From Candidatus Poribacteria bacterium (GTDB taxonomy: Bacteria; Poribacteria; WGA-4E; PCPOR2b), in NCBI GenBank assembly GCA_965198175.1, contig OZ240245.1:4320001-4384000 (forward strand): a stretch of 64,000 nt of DNA. The letters are read 5' to 3'. The stretch's first letter is position 1; each line of letters starts with the position of its first letter. This document shows, one piece after another, positions 53,362 to 64,000 of the stretch. A program made the translations under genes and the position numbers. The notes under the pieces are model-generated. The model was not told the origin of the DNA. It did not search any database and was given only the letters and a program-made list of their open reading frames with translations.

Positions 53362-54156
53362 ATGAAAACCTTTGCGTTGTTCGTCGTATTGTTAATGGTT
53401 TTAGGTTGTAGTGATTCCGAAAAGCCACGTCCTATAATTCTTGAACCTGAGCCAATACAGCCTAAGATGGCTGAGTTCTTTGTTCCCTTTCAAGATACCT
53501 TAAACGACTGGGAGTATAACTATCTACTTGAACAAACTTCCAGCTATTGTAATAACGACATCAGTGAGCATACATTCCATGCTAATCTAAAGTATTATCT
53601 ACAAGAAACTTCGTTTGAACGTCTCATAGATAACACCGACGACCTCGAATTGATTCCAGCTTCCCGGAATGAAGATAAAGACCTGATTAAAGTAGCGTTG
53701 TGGTTTGGAAATCGAAAATTACAAGGCGTAACCTTCGAGCCTAAACTAGATTATGTGTATATGCAATTTACCGAACACATGTATATAATGGTATTAAACA
53801 CAGATTTTGATGAATCAGGACGTTTCATAGGGCGTGGTACTAGTCTCAAGTCAACTAATCCAAGCCTTGAACTAAATAGAAGTCATTTAACAATGGAAGA
53901 AAATCACTTGATGAAAGATATTGCTTCTCATGTAGTTGAGACTTGGATGAATAAAGGGATAATTGATATACCGCTTATTCCAAGCGATTTAGACTTAACA
54001 CTGCTCATTGTCGATGAGACAGGTAAACCTGTAGATGCAAAGTTTGAGCACCTCGCTATCCCTTTAGATAAAGCACCACGAGCTACAGCTAGACAACTAG
54101 CACGATATAATAGTATACACAGTCCGGAGGCTTATGACTGTATTGAAGATGATTAG
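53362..54156 (+). CDS. Hypothetical lipoprotein
   Basis: AAGGAG RBS; MKTFALFVVLLMVLGC lipobox. Confidence 0.75.
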   Translation: MKTFALFVVLLMVLGCSDSEKPRPIILEPEPIQPKMAEFFVPFQDTLNDWEYNYLLEQTSSYCNNDISEHTFHANLKYYLQETSFERLIDNTDDLELIPASRNEDKDLIKVALWFGNRKLQGVTFEPKLDYVYMQFTEHMYIMVLNTDFDESGRFIGRGTSLKSTNPSLELNRSHLTMEENHLMKDIASHVVETWMNKGIIDIPLIPSDLDLTLLIVDETGKPVDAKFEHLAIPLDKAPRATARQLARYNSIHSPEAYDCIEDD

Positions 54157-54239
54157 TGGGTTTTTTCTTGACAGATTGGGTTGGATTGTAGTGTGGTAGA
54201 ATAACAATGTGCATTTCGCACATGAGAATCAGGGTAAGG

Positions 54240-54276
54240 AAAAGCCGTTGTCACAGGAAGGGGCAACGGCTTTTTT
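54240..54276. terminator. Bidirectional rho-independent terminator
   Basis: AAAAGCCGTTG...CAACGGCTTTTTT. Confidence 0.7.
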
Positions 54277-54520
54277 AATCATTCAACTTTTGTGATTTTT
54301 GTAATTCAGCATTTAGAGAATGGAAGCCTTCTATTACTTCATTTTCATTCTCAGAAATGAGTAAGCGGACAGTATATCTATCTATTTTCCCTTCTGGCTT
54401 AAAAATCACTTCGAGGACATATTCAGTAGCTCCCGCCTCAGAAAATCGGTCTAGATTGGTTGTTTTGCGGTTACACTGCACTGACCGGAAGATGAACCCT
54501 CATAATCGTGGGAACAAATT

Positions 54521-57500
54521 ATGCGGACGCGATATGTATTTCTGATTTTCTTCACATTGATTGTCTTGGTCGTCAGCGGATTATTCGTCTCGCGGTCCGC
54601 ATATGTGCTCAATTGGATTCGCGTTGTGTTGGCGGGTGAACTTGAAAAGCAGTTGAATCACCCGGTTACCATTGGTCGCATTTCGGGCAACATATTAACC
54701 GGTTTGGATATCCAACAGTTCAAAATCTCCGATCGACGTCCTGACAAACCGAACCCCCTCTCAATTGAGGAGGTTAATGTCAAATATGGGTTTTTGGGAT
54801 TGCTGCGGGGCAGATTCCTCGTCAAGCAGCTTAATCTTACCCGTCCCCAAATCAACGCATATATCGATCAAAATGGTAAATTCAACCTAGCATCGTTAAT
54901 TCCAGAGAAAAGCGCCGAATCGAGTGCCGGACTCCCCCAACTCCTGATTTCGCATGCTAGCATCGAAGATGGTGAAGTCTCTTTTGAGGATGAAACGCGG
55001 AATTTCAAAGTCGCAATCAGTGGTATTCACAGTTATATTGATGGTCCGCGGGACCGGTGGAAGCATACCGGAAGTTTGAACATAAGAGATGGCAGCTTTG
55101 AGCTGAACGGTATTGAAACACAAATTGATGAGCTCAAAACCGAGTTTGAGTTTTTGAAAAATGAGGGCGAGTTAAAAGAATTGCGTCTCGCCGTCGGCAA
55201 TTCTTCCCTGACGATTACCGGAAGCGTGAGAGATTTCAACAGAAAATCTCCGAGTGGTGAGCGTTCAACGCCTATTTTAGATACACAGATTGATCTCAAT
55301 GTCAATTTGCGAGATTTGCAAAAATTTCTCCCAGCGTATGAATTGGAAGGGGTTGCACAAGTCGCTATAAAAACCAGTGGATGGATTGAGGATATTGCCG
55401 GGCAATGTAATCTCGAACTTCCCCAAGCAAAGTTCAACCAGATTCCGCTTGAAAATTGGGTTGCGAAGGCGGAGTTCACCGAGAATAGATTCCACTTGAC
55501 CACAATTGATGGCATACTGGCAACCGGAAAGGTAACAGGCGAAGCAGATGTCAAGTTGGCATCAGAAGGACTCACATACTATGGTTGGTTACAACTTGCC
55601 GACCTTCACGCGAATCAGCTTTTACCCATGGTTGTTGAACTGCCCGATGACTTTTTGGTTGTCAAGGGTGATGTCAACGGTAAGATTTTGTTCAGCGGGG
55701 ATAGCCTTGATCTACACGATTTCAAACTCGATGGAAACCTGCAATTGAGCGCGGCTACCCTGAACGATATGCCCATTCGAGTTTCAGAGGGGCACTGCGA
55801 GATTGAAAACAATCGGTTATCCCTGTCGGCAAATCTTGATGAAACCCAAATTCGACTCAACGGGACGCTTGGGTTAGCGGGTCAACCTGACCTCGATCTG
55901 AATGTCACACAAATTGATGTTGGGAAGCTTTCTCGGATTTTGCGTATACCGGATCTAAGCGGTGATGGCGCGCTCACAGGAAAGATATCATCAAATCCGC
56001 CTCTCTCCGCCTCTTTCAGTATCCCCGACGCCGCTTTAAATGATGTACCCATTGGCGTTTTGCGGGCGGATTTTTACTATGCCGATGGTCGTGTTATTCT
56101 TCATCCTGTGCACCTTGCAAAGGGCGAGAGCGAATTAACACTCAAGGGGGTTGCCCGGCTCGAAGGCGATATTCCCGTTGATTTCAGCGTGTCCGCAGGT
56201 CCACTTCAAATTGCGGATTACGTCAGGCTTGCCGGGGATGATTTTCCTGTTGAAGGGATTGCGACCGGAGAGCTCAAACTTGATGGGACTCTGGCGAAGC
56301 TTGATGGTCGAGGGAGCCTCCATATCGCAGCGGGAAAAGCGTGGGGATTGGCGTTTGATCCATTAACGCTCCCACTACAAATCGAAGATTATGTCGTCAA
56401 GACCCCCAATTTCGAGTTGTTTGCTCGTGGGCAACCCGGGGCGCTCAACACACAACTGACGCCGGATGGCGACTATGAGATTGACTTCCAGAGCGGAACG
56501 ATGCGGTTGGCAGAGCTTGCGCTCGCGCTGGGGATAACAGATTTCCAATTGGACGCAGACCTTGTCGTCAAAGCAACCGGTCAAGCGAACACCAGAGATC
56601 CGCGGATCGATCTTAGCTTTGATTTCTCAAATGTTGCCTACGCAGGTAAACCGCTGCGCGATGTTCACCTTGAAGGCATCTATATTGGTAATGAACTACA
56701 CTTTGATGGCTCAGGGTTTGACAACACGTGTCGAATCCAAGGAGTAATGGAATCGGTTGAAGGAACTCCGTACAAGGTCTTCGTGCAGGGTAGGCGTGTA
56801 GACGTGACACCGATTTTACGAATTTTTAACGATACCCTGGGTAATTATCTCACAGGGAGCGCCAACGGCACACTGGAAATCACCGGAACCCTCGCGGACG
56901 TATCCCAGTTTACACTGGGAATGTCCTTACCTACCCTCGCGCTTCACGCCAATGGGCGACAGTTGATTAATCCTTCCACTGTTAAACTCAGCTTCGCCGA
57001 CGACCTTTGGCATATTCAATCCTTTGAACTTGTAGATAGCCGTGACCACCGCCCCTTTCTACGTGCAGCAGGGACTCTAGGCGCAGCCTCATTTGAACCG
57101 AGCCTGCATCCCCCAATGCAACAGTCGGGAGAAAGGGATCATCGTGGGGAGCAGTTCGATTTCACTATCGAATCTGAAGGCTTCGCGCTCGAACACCTAA
57201 CTGATATTTTGGGACTATCACCTATGATATCAGGTCTAGCCCGCTACAAGCTCAGCGGGAACGGAACCGCCGAAAATCCGCAATTTACGCTGGATTGGTC
57301 GCTTGCGAATCTGTTCATTAAAACACCGATAGAACCTATTACGATAAGTGAAGCCAAGGGGCGTTTAGTCTACAAAGATCGAAACTTGGTACTCGAACAG
57401 GTTAATTTCCTCTTGCTCGATAATCCTGTCGAGGTTCATGGAACTGTCCCGTTTAATCTCAGTTTGATGCCAATGTCTTTTGAGGAGCGAATTGCTGAAG

Positions 57501-60500
57501 ACGGCATGCGAATCGAATTCCATGGCAAGCGGTTTCAGCTTGTGTCGTTTAAGGAGTTTCTCCCGCAACTATCTCAGCTTGAGGGGAATTCGGATCTGAG
57601 TGGCAAGGTAACAGGCAGTCTCCACCAGCCGGTACTGACCGCATCAATTGATGTAAAGGAAACAAAGATGCAACTGTTCGATTTTCCTCAGCCGATTGAA
57701 AATCTGCAAGCCCGTCTTCATGTGCATGGTGGAGGCAAATCACCAACTGATTTCGATACGCCTTTGTCTAATGACGACATAGTGCGTCATGAGATCACCC
57801 ATGATTTAATCACAGTTGACCTAGAATCCGCCAATTGGAATCTTGGCGGTGGGCACTATCAAGCCGCCGGAAGTTGGAGTTTGTCCAAGACGGAAACTCA
57901 ATCCTCGCTGATTTCGATTTCCAGTTTTCACGAACCGGTCTCTTTTCAACTACGACTCGATGGAAAGCGTGTAAATCTCACAAATTTAGCGAACTACCTG
58001 ATGCGTGGGAAGCCGCCTACCCTGATTCGTGAGTATGACTTGGAGGGTCAGGTCGACGTCTCATTAGCGCTTCAGGGCAACGGATTTCAAGCGGATCAAG
58101 TATCCGGTACGCTCAAGTGTAGCAATCTACGAGCTAACATCAATAAGTTGCAGTTTGACGCTGAACTGAAGTATCAGGAAGATTTGAATCGTGGTGGTAC
58201 CTCGGAAGGTCTACGACAATCATTTGTAAACCATGGACTCCCACTTTCCCCAAACGCTCCTGTTTCAATTGAAAAAGAAGACGGCAGGTGGGTGATAATC
58301 AATCGGGAAGATAGTAAACGACAATACACTGTCAAGGAAGATTCAGCTAAACTCAATATTTACAGAAATCATAACGTAGAGAGTCTGGCACCGATTCGTT
58401 TCGGTTTTTCGGCTGGGAAGTTTAACATTGAATCGTTCCAGGTGGGACAGCCCCAAGGGGGATTCATAAATGCGGCAGGAACGTTCGATATCGATGGAAA
58501 CCTGAATCTTCAGTTGGAGCTCAAGGAACTTCCGTACGCACTATTGTTGCCCTCATTGACACTGTCATTATTCAACACTTCTGTTTTGCTAGATGGTCGT
58601 TTCTCTAGCCGAATTACTCTGGGAGGCACCCTCGCCGAACCCATCATTGATGCGAAGTGGGATACCCACGCAGGAAGTGAAAATGCGGAGTTGTCAGACA
58701 AGGGATTTGCGAGATACCAGGCGCAAACGCTGGTGATTGGAGATTCAATTCGGTTAGGAAACGCTGATAACCAGTTAATAATCACCGGCGATATTCCGAT
58801 TGACCTCTCCTTCCAATCGCTCAATCTGTCCAAACGGTTTCCGGATTTACCCATCAACGTGCAAGTGCAAGGGCGGAATCGGTCAAAGATAACGCTTGAT
58901 TTTCTCGCCTTGTTGTTCCCTGTATTGCTTGAAGATTCAGGTGGCATTGTCGATGTGGATGTCAGTATCCGGGGAACAACCGCTTCACCTTACTTGGAAG
59001 GGGGAGGAACTGTCCACAACGGCATGATGAGGTTCAAACATTTCGACACACCGATTTCAGCTGTGAAGATTGATCTGGATGCAAGCGAAGAAAAAGTTAG
59101 TATTCCCGCTTTCAGTTTTCAGATTGGTGGAGGAACGTATGTAGCGCGAAAGCCAATTGAATTCCGAATGAATGGGCTGTTCCCTACCGATCTTGAGGTG
59201 CAGGAATTCACCATCATAAAGGCGCAAATCTCAGATTTTGCTCGGAGTTTCTTAACCGGAGAAATTATCTCCGATTTGCAGGGATACATCACAGCAGAAG
59301 CAAGTTTACGACTCCCCGTTGATCAGCTAATCACTCCTGGTGAAACCGCATGGACCCCAAAAATTGACCTGCCACATCTACATAATATGATTGAATACGC
59401 TGTTGGCGAGTTAAACATTCAAAAGGTATTGGTGAAAAGCTTGGTGGAAGGCTTGGACTATACCATCAGCAACCCGATGCCGATTAAAATTCGGCTGGCA
59501 GATCGGATGGTAAAACTCGAAGAGTTCATCTTAGAAGATCAGAAGTCCATAATGGACGCGCAGCGGCTTAAACTGACCGGTATTGGCAGCTGGCAACTGG
59601 GTAAGACGCTGTTATTTCGTATGGATATTCGTCATTTTAATCTCGGCTTCATTTCGGACTTTGTTCCCCATGCATACGCGATTCGAGGCTTTCTCAATGC
59701 AACGTTCGACATACGCGGGACAGACGCAGACCCTGAAATCACTTTCGAATGGGAAACGCCGAGGCTTTCACTCCGTTATGCCGAACTGGATGAATTCACT
59801 GGCAAAATTGTGTACAAAGATAAGAAACTGCGTATAACCGGCAAAGATAGGAACAACGTACACTTCTCCGTAGGGACCAATCGTGCGAAGTTTTCAGGCC
59901 TCATTCCATTCAATATCTCTTTCCTCGAATTCAAAGCAGAACCGCTACAGCACGAGGAAATCGAGGGAAGATTAGATGTGGCAATCCGAGATTTAGATTT
60001 TCTGCCGCTCATTATTCCCTCATGTGACTTTGCCAATGGTACAGGTGAAATTGGCGTGACAATCGGGGGACATCTTCGTTCGCCGCAATTGAAAGGCATT
60101 GCAAACCTAAGGCATCTAGAGTTTGATTTGCCGGATTTATACATAGAGATTGAGAAAACAGAGATCGACCTCGATTTCACCCACCAAGGGCTGAACATTC
60201 GGCGCTTTGATGGACGATTAAATGGTGGTACATACCGGATCAGCGGCTTTGTAGAATCTGACTGGCATCGTATACACAATATTAATCTTTCAGCTGCGCT
60301 GCGAGACGGATGTACTTTCGAACAGCCCGGCGTTTACTGGTTAAAATGTGAGAAAGCAGATCTTGCGATAAACGGCGGGCTGAAACTCCCGAAACTCTCT
60401 GGATCTATCCACGTTGCCGAGGGGCGATACGAAAAACACTGGCGGGAGTTAGTTAAGAATTGGTTTGATAAAGATGCAGATGTCCAAGCCGAAGTGTGGT

Positions 60501-61357
60501 TCGACTACCCACTTGTGCGCGATTTAAGATTGAATCTCGCTGTTTTCGCCGACGATAATTTATGGATGGAATCCGACATCGGGGAGCTTGAAGTCGCAGT
60601 ATCAGTGGTAAACGGCAAAATCGTTGGACCGATTCAAAAACCCATCTTTGATGGACGGGTGAATTTGCTGGAGGGCCAGTTTTCATTGCTAGATCACCTC
60701 TTTGCCATCAATCATGGCTCATACATAGAAAACACCAACCCATTTGAATTTAACCCCCAATATAAGATTGATGCCGAAACCATCGATCCCATCCGCAACA
60801 TCCCCCTAGTCACAACCGATGACCAAGAACGTACGAAAGATTTGAAAATTACAACCCATTTAAGCGGCTATCTCAATGAGCATCGTCCACCTGAGTTTCA
60901 GGTTGAAGTTCTCCGAAAAGGTGCTGGTGAGGAGTATCAAATGAACCCGAGACAAATCCTTTCCATTTTATCGTTCGGGGAAACAGGCGCTTCTGAGCCT
61001 TTATCGACAAATGCTACCTCAGGCCTTTTGCTACGACATTCACAACGATATTTGGGCAATCGTTTTGCGGAGGTTGTGGGGTTTATTGATAAGGTACGGT
61101 TTGACATTAGTCCCAGTGCGTTTGAAGCGTCACGATTCTTCTTTACCAAAGCGCTCTCCGAACGCTTTCTTCTAACGTCCGCTTTCACCTTCCAACTTCA
61201 CGCCGAACCGCGCATTGAAGTTGAATATCTGATAAATCAACACATCACAGTCAAAGGTGAAAAGAACGAGCAGGGCAAATTTGGTATCGATCTCAAACTT
61301 CAACAGAAATTTGGGTTGACGCCAATTGGAGAGGCGCTCGATTCGATGGGTAATTAA
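54521..61357 (+). CDS. Translocation/assembly module TamB-like (AsmA superfamily) protein, 2278 aa
   Basis: N-terminal TM anchor, long beta-strand-rich taco repeats, DUF490-like C-terminus, directly upstream of an Omp85 gene. Confidence 0.82.
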   Translation: MRTRYVFLIFFTLIVLVVSGLFVSRSAYVLNWIRVVLAGELEKQLNHPVTIGRISGNILTGLDIQQFKISDRRPDKPNPLSIEEVNVKYGFLGLLRGRFLVKQLNLTRPQINAYIDQNGKFNLASLIPEKSAESSAGLPQLLISHASIEDGEVSFEDETRNFKVAISGIHSYIDGPRDRWKHTGSLNIRDGSFELNGIETQIDELKTEFEFLKNEGELKELRLAVGNSSLTITGSVRDFNRKSPSGERSTPILDTQIDLNVNLRDLQKFLPAYELEGVAQVAIKTSGWIEDIAGQCNLELPQAKFNQIPLENWVAKAEFTENRFHLTTIDGILATGKVTGEADVKLASEGLTYYGWLQLADLHANQLLPMVVELPDDFLVVKGDVNGKILFSGDSLDLHDFKLDGNLQLSAATLNDMPIRVSEGHCEIENNRLSLSANLDETQIRLNGTLGLAGQPDLDLNVTQIDVGKLSRILRIPDLSGDGALTGKISSNPPLSASFSIPDAALNDVPIGVLRADFYYADGRVILHPVHLAKGESELTLKGVARLEGDIPVDFSVSAGPLQIADYVRLAGDDFPVEGIATGELKLDGTLAKLDGRGSLHIAAGKAWGLAFDPLTLPLQIEDYVVKTPNFELFARGQPGALNTQLTPDGDYEIDFQSGTMRLAELALALGITDFQLDADLVVKATGQANTRDPRIDLSFDFSNVAYAGKPLRDVHLEGIYIGNELHFDGSGFDNTCRIQGVMESVEGTPYKVFVQGRRVDVTPILRIFNDTLGNYLTGSANGTLEITGTLADVSQFTLGMSLPTLALHANGRQLINPSTVKLSFADDLWHIQSFELVDSRDHRPFLRAAGTLGAASFEPSLHPPMQQSGERDHRGEQFDFTIESEGFALEHLTDILGLSPMISGLARYKLSGNGTAENPQFTLDWSLANLFIKTPIEPITISEAKGRLVYKDRNLVLEQVNFLLLDNPVEVHGTVPFNLSLMPMSFEERIAEDGMRIEFHGKRFQLVSFKEFLPQLSQLEGNSDLSGKVTGSLHQPVLTASIDVKETKMQLFDFPQPIENLQARLHVHGGGKSPTDFDTPLSNDDIVRHEITHDLITVDLESANWNLGGGHYQAAGSWSLSKTETQSSLISISSFHEPVSFQLRLDGKRVNLTNLANYLMRGKPPTLIREYDLEGQVDVSLALQGNGFQADQVSGTLKCSNLRANINKLQFDAELKYQEDLNRGGTSEGLRQSFVNHGLPLSPNAPVSIEKEDGRWVIINREDSKRQYTVKEDSAKLNIYRNHNVESLAPIRFGFSAGKFNIESFQVGQPQGGFINAAGTFDIDGNLNLQLELKELPYALLLPSLTLSLFNTSVLLDGRFSSRITLGGTLAEPIIDAKWDTHAGSENAELSDKGFARYQAQTLVIGDSIRLGNADNQLIITGDIPIDLSFQSLNLSKRFPDLPINVQVQGRNRSKITLDFLALLFPVLLEDSGGIVDVDVSIRGTTASPYLEGGGTVHNGMMRFKHFDTPISAVKIDLDASEEKVSIPAFSFQIGGGTYVARKPIEFRMNGLFPTDLEVQEFTIIKAQISDFARSFLTGEIISDLQGYITAEASLRLPVDQLITPGETAWTPKIDLPHLHNMIEYAVGELNIQKVLVKSLVEGLDYTISNPMPIKIRLADRMVKLEEFILEDQKSIMDAQRLKLTGIGSWQLGKTLLFRMDIRHFNLGFISDFVPHAYAIRGFLNATFDIRGTDADPEITFEWETPRLSLRYAELDEFTGKIVYKDKKLRITGKDRNNVHFSVGTNRAKFSGLIPFNISFLEFKAEPLQHEEIEGRLDVAIRDLDFLPLIIPSCDFANGTGEIGVTIGGHLRSPQLKGIANLRHLEFDLPDLYIEIEKTEIDLDFTHQGLNIRRFDGRLNGGTYRISGFVESDWHRIHNINLSAALRDGCTFEQPGVYWLKCEKADLAINGGLKLPKLSGSIHVAEGRYEKHWRELVKNWFDKDADVQAEVWFDYPLVRDLRLNLAVFADDNLWMESDIGELEVAVSVVNGKIVGPIQKPIFDGRVNLLEGQFSLLDHLFAINHGSYIENTNPFEFNPQYKIDAETIDPIRNIPLVTTDDQERTKDLKITTHLSGYLNEHRPPEFQVEVLRKGAGEEYQMNPRQILSILSFGETGASEPLSTNATSGLLLRHSQRYLGNRFAEVVGFIDKVRFDISPSAFEASRFFFTKALSERFLLTSAFTFQLHAEPRIEVEYLINQHITVKGEKNEQGKFGIDLKLQQKFGLTPIGEALDSMGN

Positions 61358-61532
61358 GTAATTCGTAAGATGGAAGTAAAAAAGGTGCTCAACAGAGAGT
61401 CACAGAGCAAACACCGTTTTCGGAGGTGGAAGCGTGAAAACGTGAGGTAGATGCGATTCGGAGTTTTTCTTCCCAGAGATTACTGCCTCGTATTCTGATG
61501 CTGCATTTTCCGCCTTACGCATCATCGCTATC

Positions 61533-64000
61533 ATGAATTTTGGCCGTTACTTCCCTTACTACATCATTAGCTTGATGCTTCTGTCCAATCCTGTGTTGGG
61601 ACAACCTGATAACCATCCTGTCGTCGATATCGTATATCTCCTCAACGGCAATACCATCCATAAATCGCCCCTGCTCAATGACCTGCAACAAAAGACGAAA
61701 ATCTCGATTGGAGAACAACCTTCCCGTTATGCGATTCGCAAGAGCATCGAAGCAATCTACGCAATCGGTGAGTTTTCTCAAGTGGAAGTTTTTCAGAGCC
61801 ATGCGCCAGATGGTATTTCAATCCGGTTCAGACTTACAAGGAAAATCAAAGTTCGGCAAATCCAATTCGCCGGTAACAATCGCTTGAGTAAAGATGACCT
61901 CTTTAAAGTAATGAAATCCCGTCCGGAGAAAGAATATTACGAGCAAATTGCCAAGCAAGACCGACAAAGAATTCTCGATTTATACAGAGATGATTACGGC
62001 TATCTTCAAGTAGAGGTGCGTTTCATACCGCCTGACCTACAGCTTGCACATGAGATTAATCTGTTGTACGAAATCTCCGAGGGCAGACAATCCCTGATTC
62101 GGGAAATCGGATTTAAAGGGGTCAAGGGGCTCGAACCCAAAAAGTTGGGAAAGGTGCTAAATAGTAAAGCAGGCAAAGCTTACCAGAAACGGCGGATTGA
62201 AGAGGATATTGATGCCATCAGCAGATTATATCGCAAAAATGGGTATCTCACCGTCCAAATTGATCCTGAACTGTATTATGATGAAAAATCGGATATGGTT
62301 TCTCTCATCTACCGAGTTCGTGAAGGGAAAAAGGTCGTTGTCAAACTAGTTGGTGACAATGTTGACAGCCGTGAACTCAGAGAGAAACTAAATCTATTTA
62401 AACAAGATAGTTATTCGAATACAATCCTCCGTAGCAATGTACAACAGATCCGCCGAATCTATCAACAGAAAGGGTATTACACCCCGGTAGTTACCTGTCA
62501 GATTGAAAAAGAATCGAACGATGAAGTTATTATTCGTTTCGACATTCATCCCGGTGTGGTTCTGCGCGTTGGCACAATTACCTTCACTGGGAATGCAGCG
62601 TATCCAGCCGCCGAGCTTGGGGACAAGATGGAGATCCAACCGCGCAGTCGAGTCGGTATTATTCCCAGATTTGGCTGGTTGTTTCCTAGAGGCGTTTTTG
62701 ATCCGGCGATTTTCGATAAAGATCTCCGGGTACTGAAACTTTTTTATAAAAAAGAGGGTTATACTAACGTTCAAATTACAACGGAAAAAGAAATTGATGA
62801 AAATAAAGAGCGCGTCAACTTAAATATAAACATCGATGAAGGAGAACGCCAAATCATCAAGGTTGTGAGTATTGAGGGGAACCAGATATTTGAAGCGAGC
62901 ACGTTACTGCCCAAGCCTGCTGCAAAAGTGGGGAAACCCTACAGCACAGATTTTGTGGCGCGGGATCTGCAATCCATCCAGTCCCTTTACAATAAGGAGG
63001 GATATATCTACACTAGCATTGAACCTCACTATCAGCCCGAAACAGGTAGACTTCTTTATCAAATCTCCGAGGGCATTCAAGCCAAGTTTGGCCGGTTCTA
63101 CTTTGATGGGGAGAGTCGAATCAAGCTGCACGTTTTAGAGCGAGAGTTTGAAAACCTCGACGGTACTGTATTTAACCTCGAAAAGTTGGTTGAAGCACGG
63201 CGGCGCCTGTTTAATCTTGGAATCTTTCGGGAAATCCGGATTCAGACGCCTGGACAGCTTGCGGGGGAAGAGATAATTGATGTCAATGTCGATGCCAAAG
63301 TTAGAGCTCCGGGGTCGATGAGCTTGAGCGGGGGTTATAGCCCCTCAGAAGGAGTTCGAGGAACAATCGGTGTGACTCATAATAATATACACAAACGAAA
63401 CATTCGAGCAGGGCTGCAGTTCCGTATCGGAACCCGCGGCAACTTGTATGAGCTAACCCTGGTTGAACCGTGGTTCAAACCACCAATCATTGGACATACA
63501 ATCGGCACCCTTCGCTTATTTGAAGATAATCTGGAAGAAAACAATGACATACGCGCCCGAGGTGTGACAGCCAACCTTGCGAAGCGACTTGGATTACTTA
63601 GCAACCTGGCAATCCAGTACAAATATCAGGAGTTGCACCAAAGCGATAGTGACAAAAGCGCAATTGTGAGCAGTTTGGGAATCTCGTTTCATCGGGATAA
63701 CCGGGATGGCTTTCTCAACCCTAGAAATGGATGGTTCAACGAGGTAGCAGTAGAGTATGCGGGCGAGTTTCTCGGTGGTGAAACCCGCTTTTTGAAATTT
63801 ACAACAGATAATCGCTTCTACATGCAGATCCGGAACGTTGTTTTTGCGAGCGCGCTTCGGCTGGGTTGGTTGCAGCCTAACCGTGCCCGGGAGGTTGTCG
63901 ATCTTCTCTCTTTTGAACGTTTTTGGGCGGGCGGATCCACAACAGTGAGAGGATACGACGAAAGATCTTTAGGTCCTGGTGAAACGGAAAATCCTCGAGG
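61533..64000 (+). CDS. Omp85 BamA/TamA-family outer membrane protein, 3'-truncated by window edge (absent from the ORF track)
   Basis: Manual translation from ATG 61533: signal peptide MNFGRYFPYYIISLMLLSNPVLG, POTRA repeats (LY...GY...EG), in-frame barrel motif ERFWAGGSTTVRGY near 63945. Confidence 0.88.
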   Translation, partial: MNFGRYFPYYIISLMLLSNPVLGQPDNHPVVDIVYLLNGNTIHKSPLLNDLQQKTKISIGEQPSRYAIRKSIEAIYAIGEFSQVEVFQSHAPDGISIRFRLTRKIKVRQIQFAGNNRLSKDDLFKVMKSRPEKEYYEQIAKQDRQRILDLYRDDYGYLQVEVRFIPPDLQLAHEINLLYEISEGRQSLIREIGFKGVKGLEPKKLGKVLNSKAGKAYQKRRIEEDIDAISRLYRKNGYLTVQIDPELYYDEKSDMVSLIYRVREGKKVVVKLVGDNVDSRELREKLNLFKQDSYSNTILRSNVQQIRRIYQQKGYYTPVVTCQIEKESNDEVIIRFDIHPGVVLRVGTITFTGNAAYPAAELGDKMEIQPRSRVGIIPRFGWLFPRGVFDPAIFDKDLRVLKLFYKKEGYTNVQITTEKEIDENKERVNLNINIDEGERQIIKVVSIEGNQIFEASTLLPKPAAKVGKPYSTDFVARDLQSIQSLYNKEGYIYTSIEPHYQPETGRLLYQISEGIQAKFGRFYFDGESRIKLHVLEREFENLDGTVFNLEKLVEARRRLFNLGIFREIRIQTPGQLAGEEIIDVNVDAKVRAPGSMSLSGGYSPSEGVRGTIGVTHNNIHKRNIRAGLQFRIGTRGNLYELTLVEPWFKPPIIGHTIGTLRLFEDNLEENNDIRARGVTANLAKRLGLLSNLAIQYKYQELHQSDSDKSAIVSSLGISFHRDNRDGFLNPRNGWFNEVAVEYAGEFLGGETRFLKFTTDNRFYMQIRNVVFASALRLGWLQPNRAREVVDLLSFERFWAGGSTTVRGYDERSLGPGETENPR

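Noticed and set aside
61451..61498. ATG at 61451 as the Omp85 start
   Set aside because: That frame stops after 15 codons; the POTRA/barrel frame starts at 61533.

Overview
A 64 kb bacterial chromosome segment, most likely Candidatus Poribacteria (inferred from many secreted LamG and PD40 proteins ending in a 'VxPxxKLxTTWxxIK' tail). Left to right: (1) a defence patch with a partial ImmA/IrrE-type gene, a MazF-like remnant, an N4-C methyltransferase, a NotI-family endonuclease and an orphan gene among GTAG-type REP repeats; (2) housekeeping and envelope genes: sugar isomerase/Rieske/epimerase operon, sigma-70 factor, MsbA-like ABC transporter, methyltransferase, Clp1-type kinase, SppA, CapD, GT4, Trm112, secA, PhhB, LpxL-like acyltransferase, CtpA with a predicted RHH tail, msrP; (3) a ~10 kb tandem array of 2 PD40 and 8 LamG secreted proteins, with mosaic near-identical copies that differ mainly in one short loop; (4) a ~6.4 kb island bounded by a 34-bp inverted repeat and nested REP/REPIN elements, carrying a type IIG R-M enzyme with an AT-rich TRD, a secreted protein and an HNH nuclease flanked by its own inverted repeats; (5) lysA, a lipoate-ligase-family gene and an FGE-family gene, an AT-rich two-gene islet, and a large tamB followed by a 7-POTRA Omp85 gene that runs off the right edge. 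No rRNA, tRNA, CRISPR array, transposase or integrase was recognised. All family calls come from motif recognition by eye; no database searches were run.
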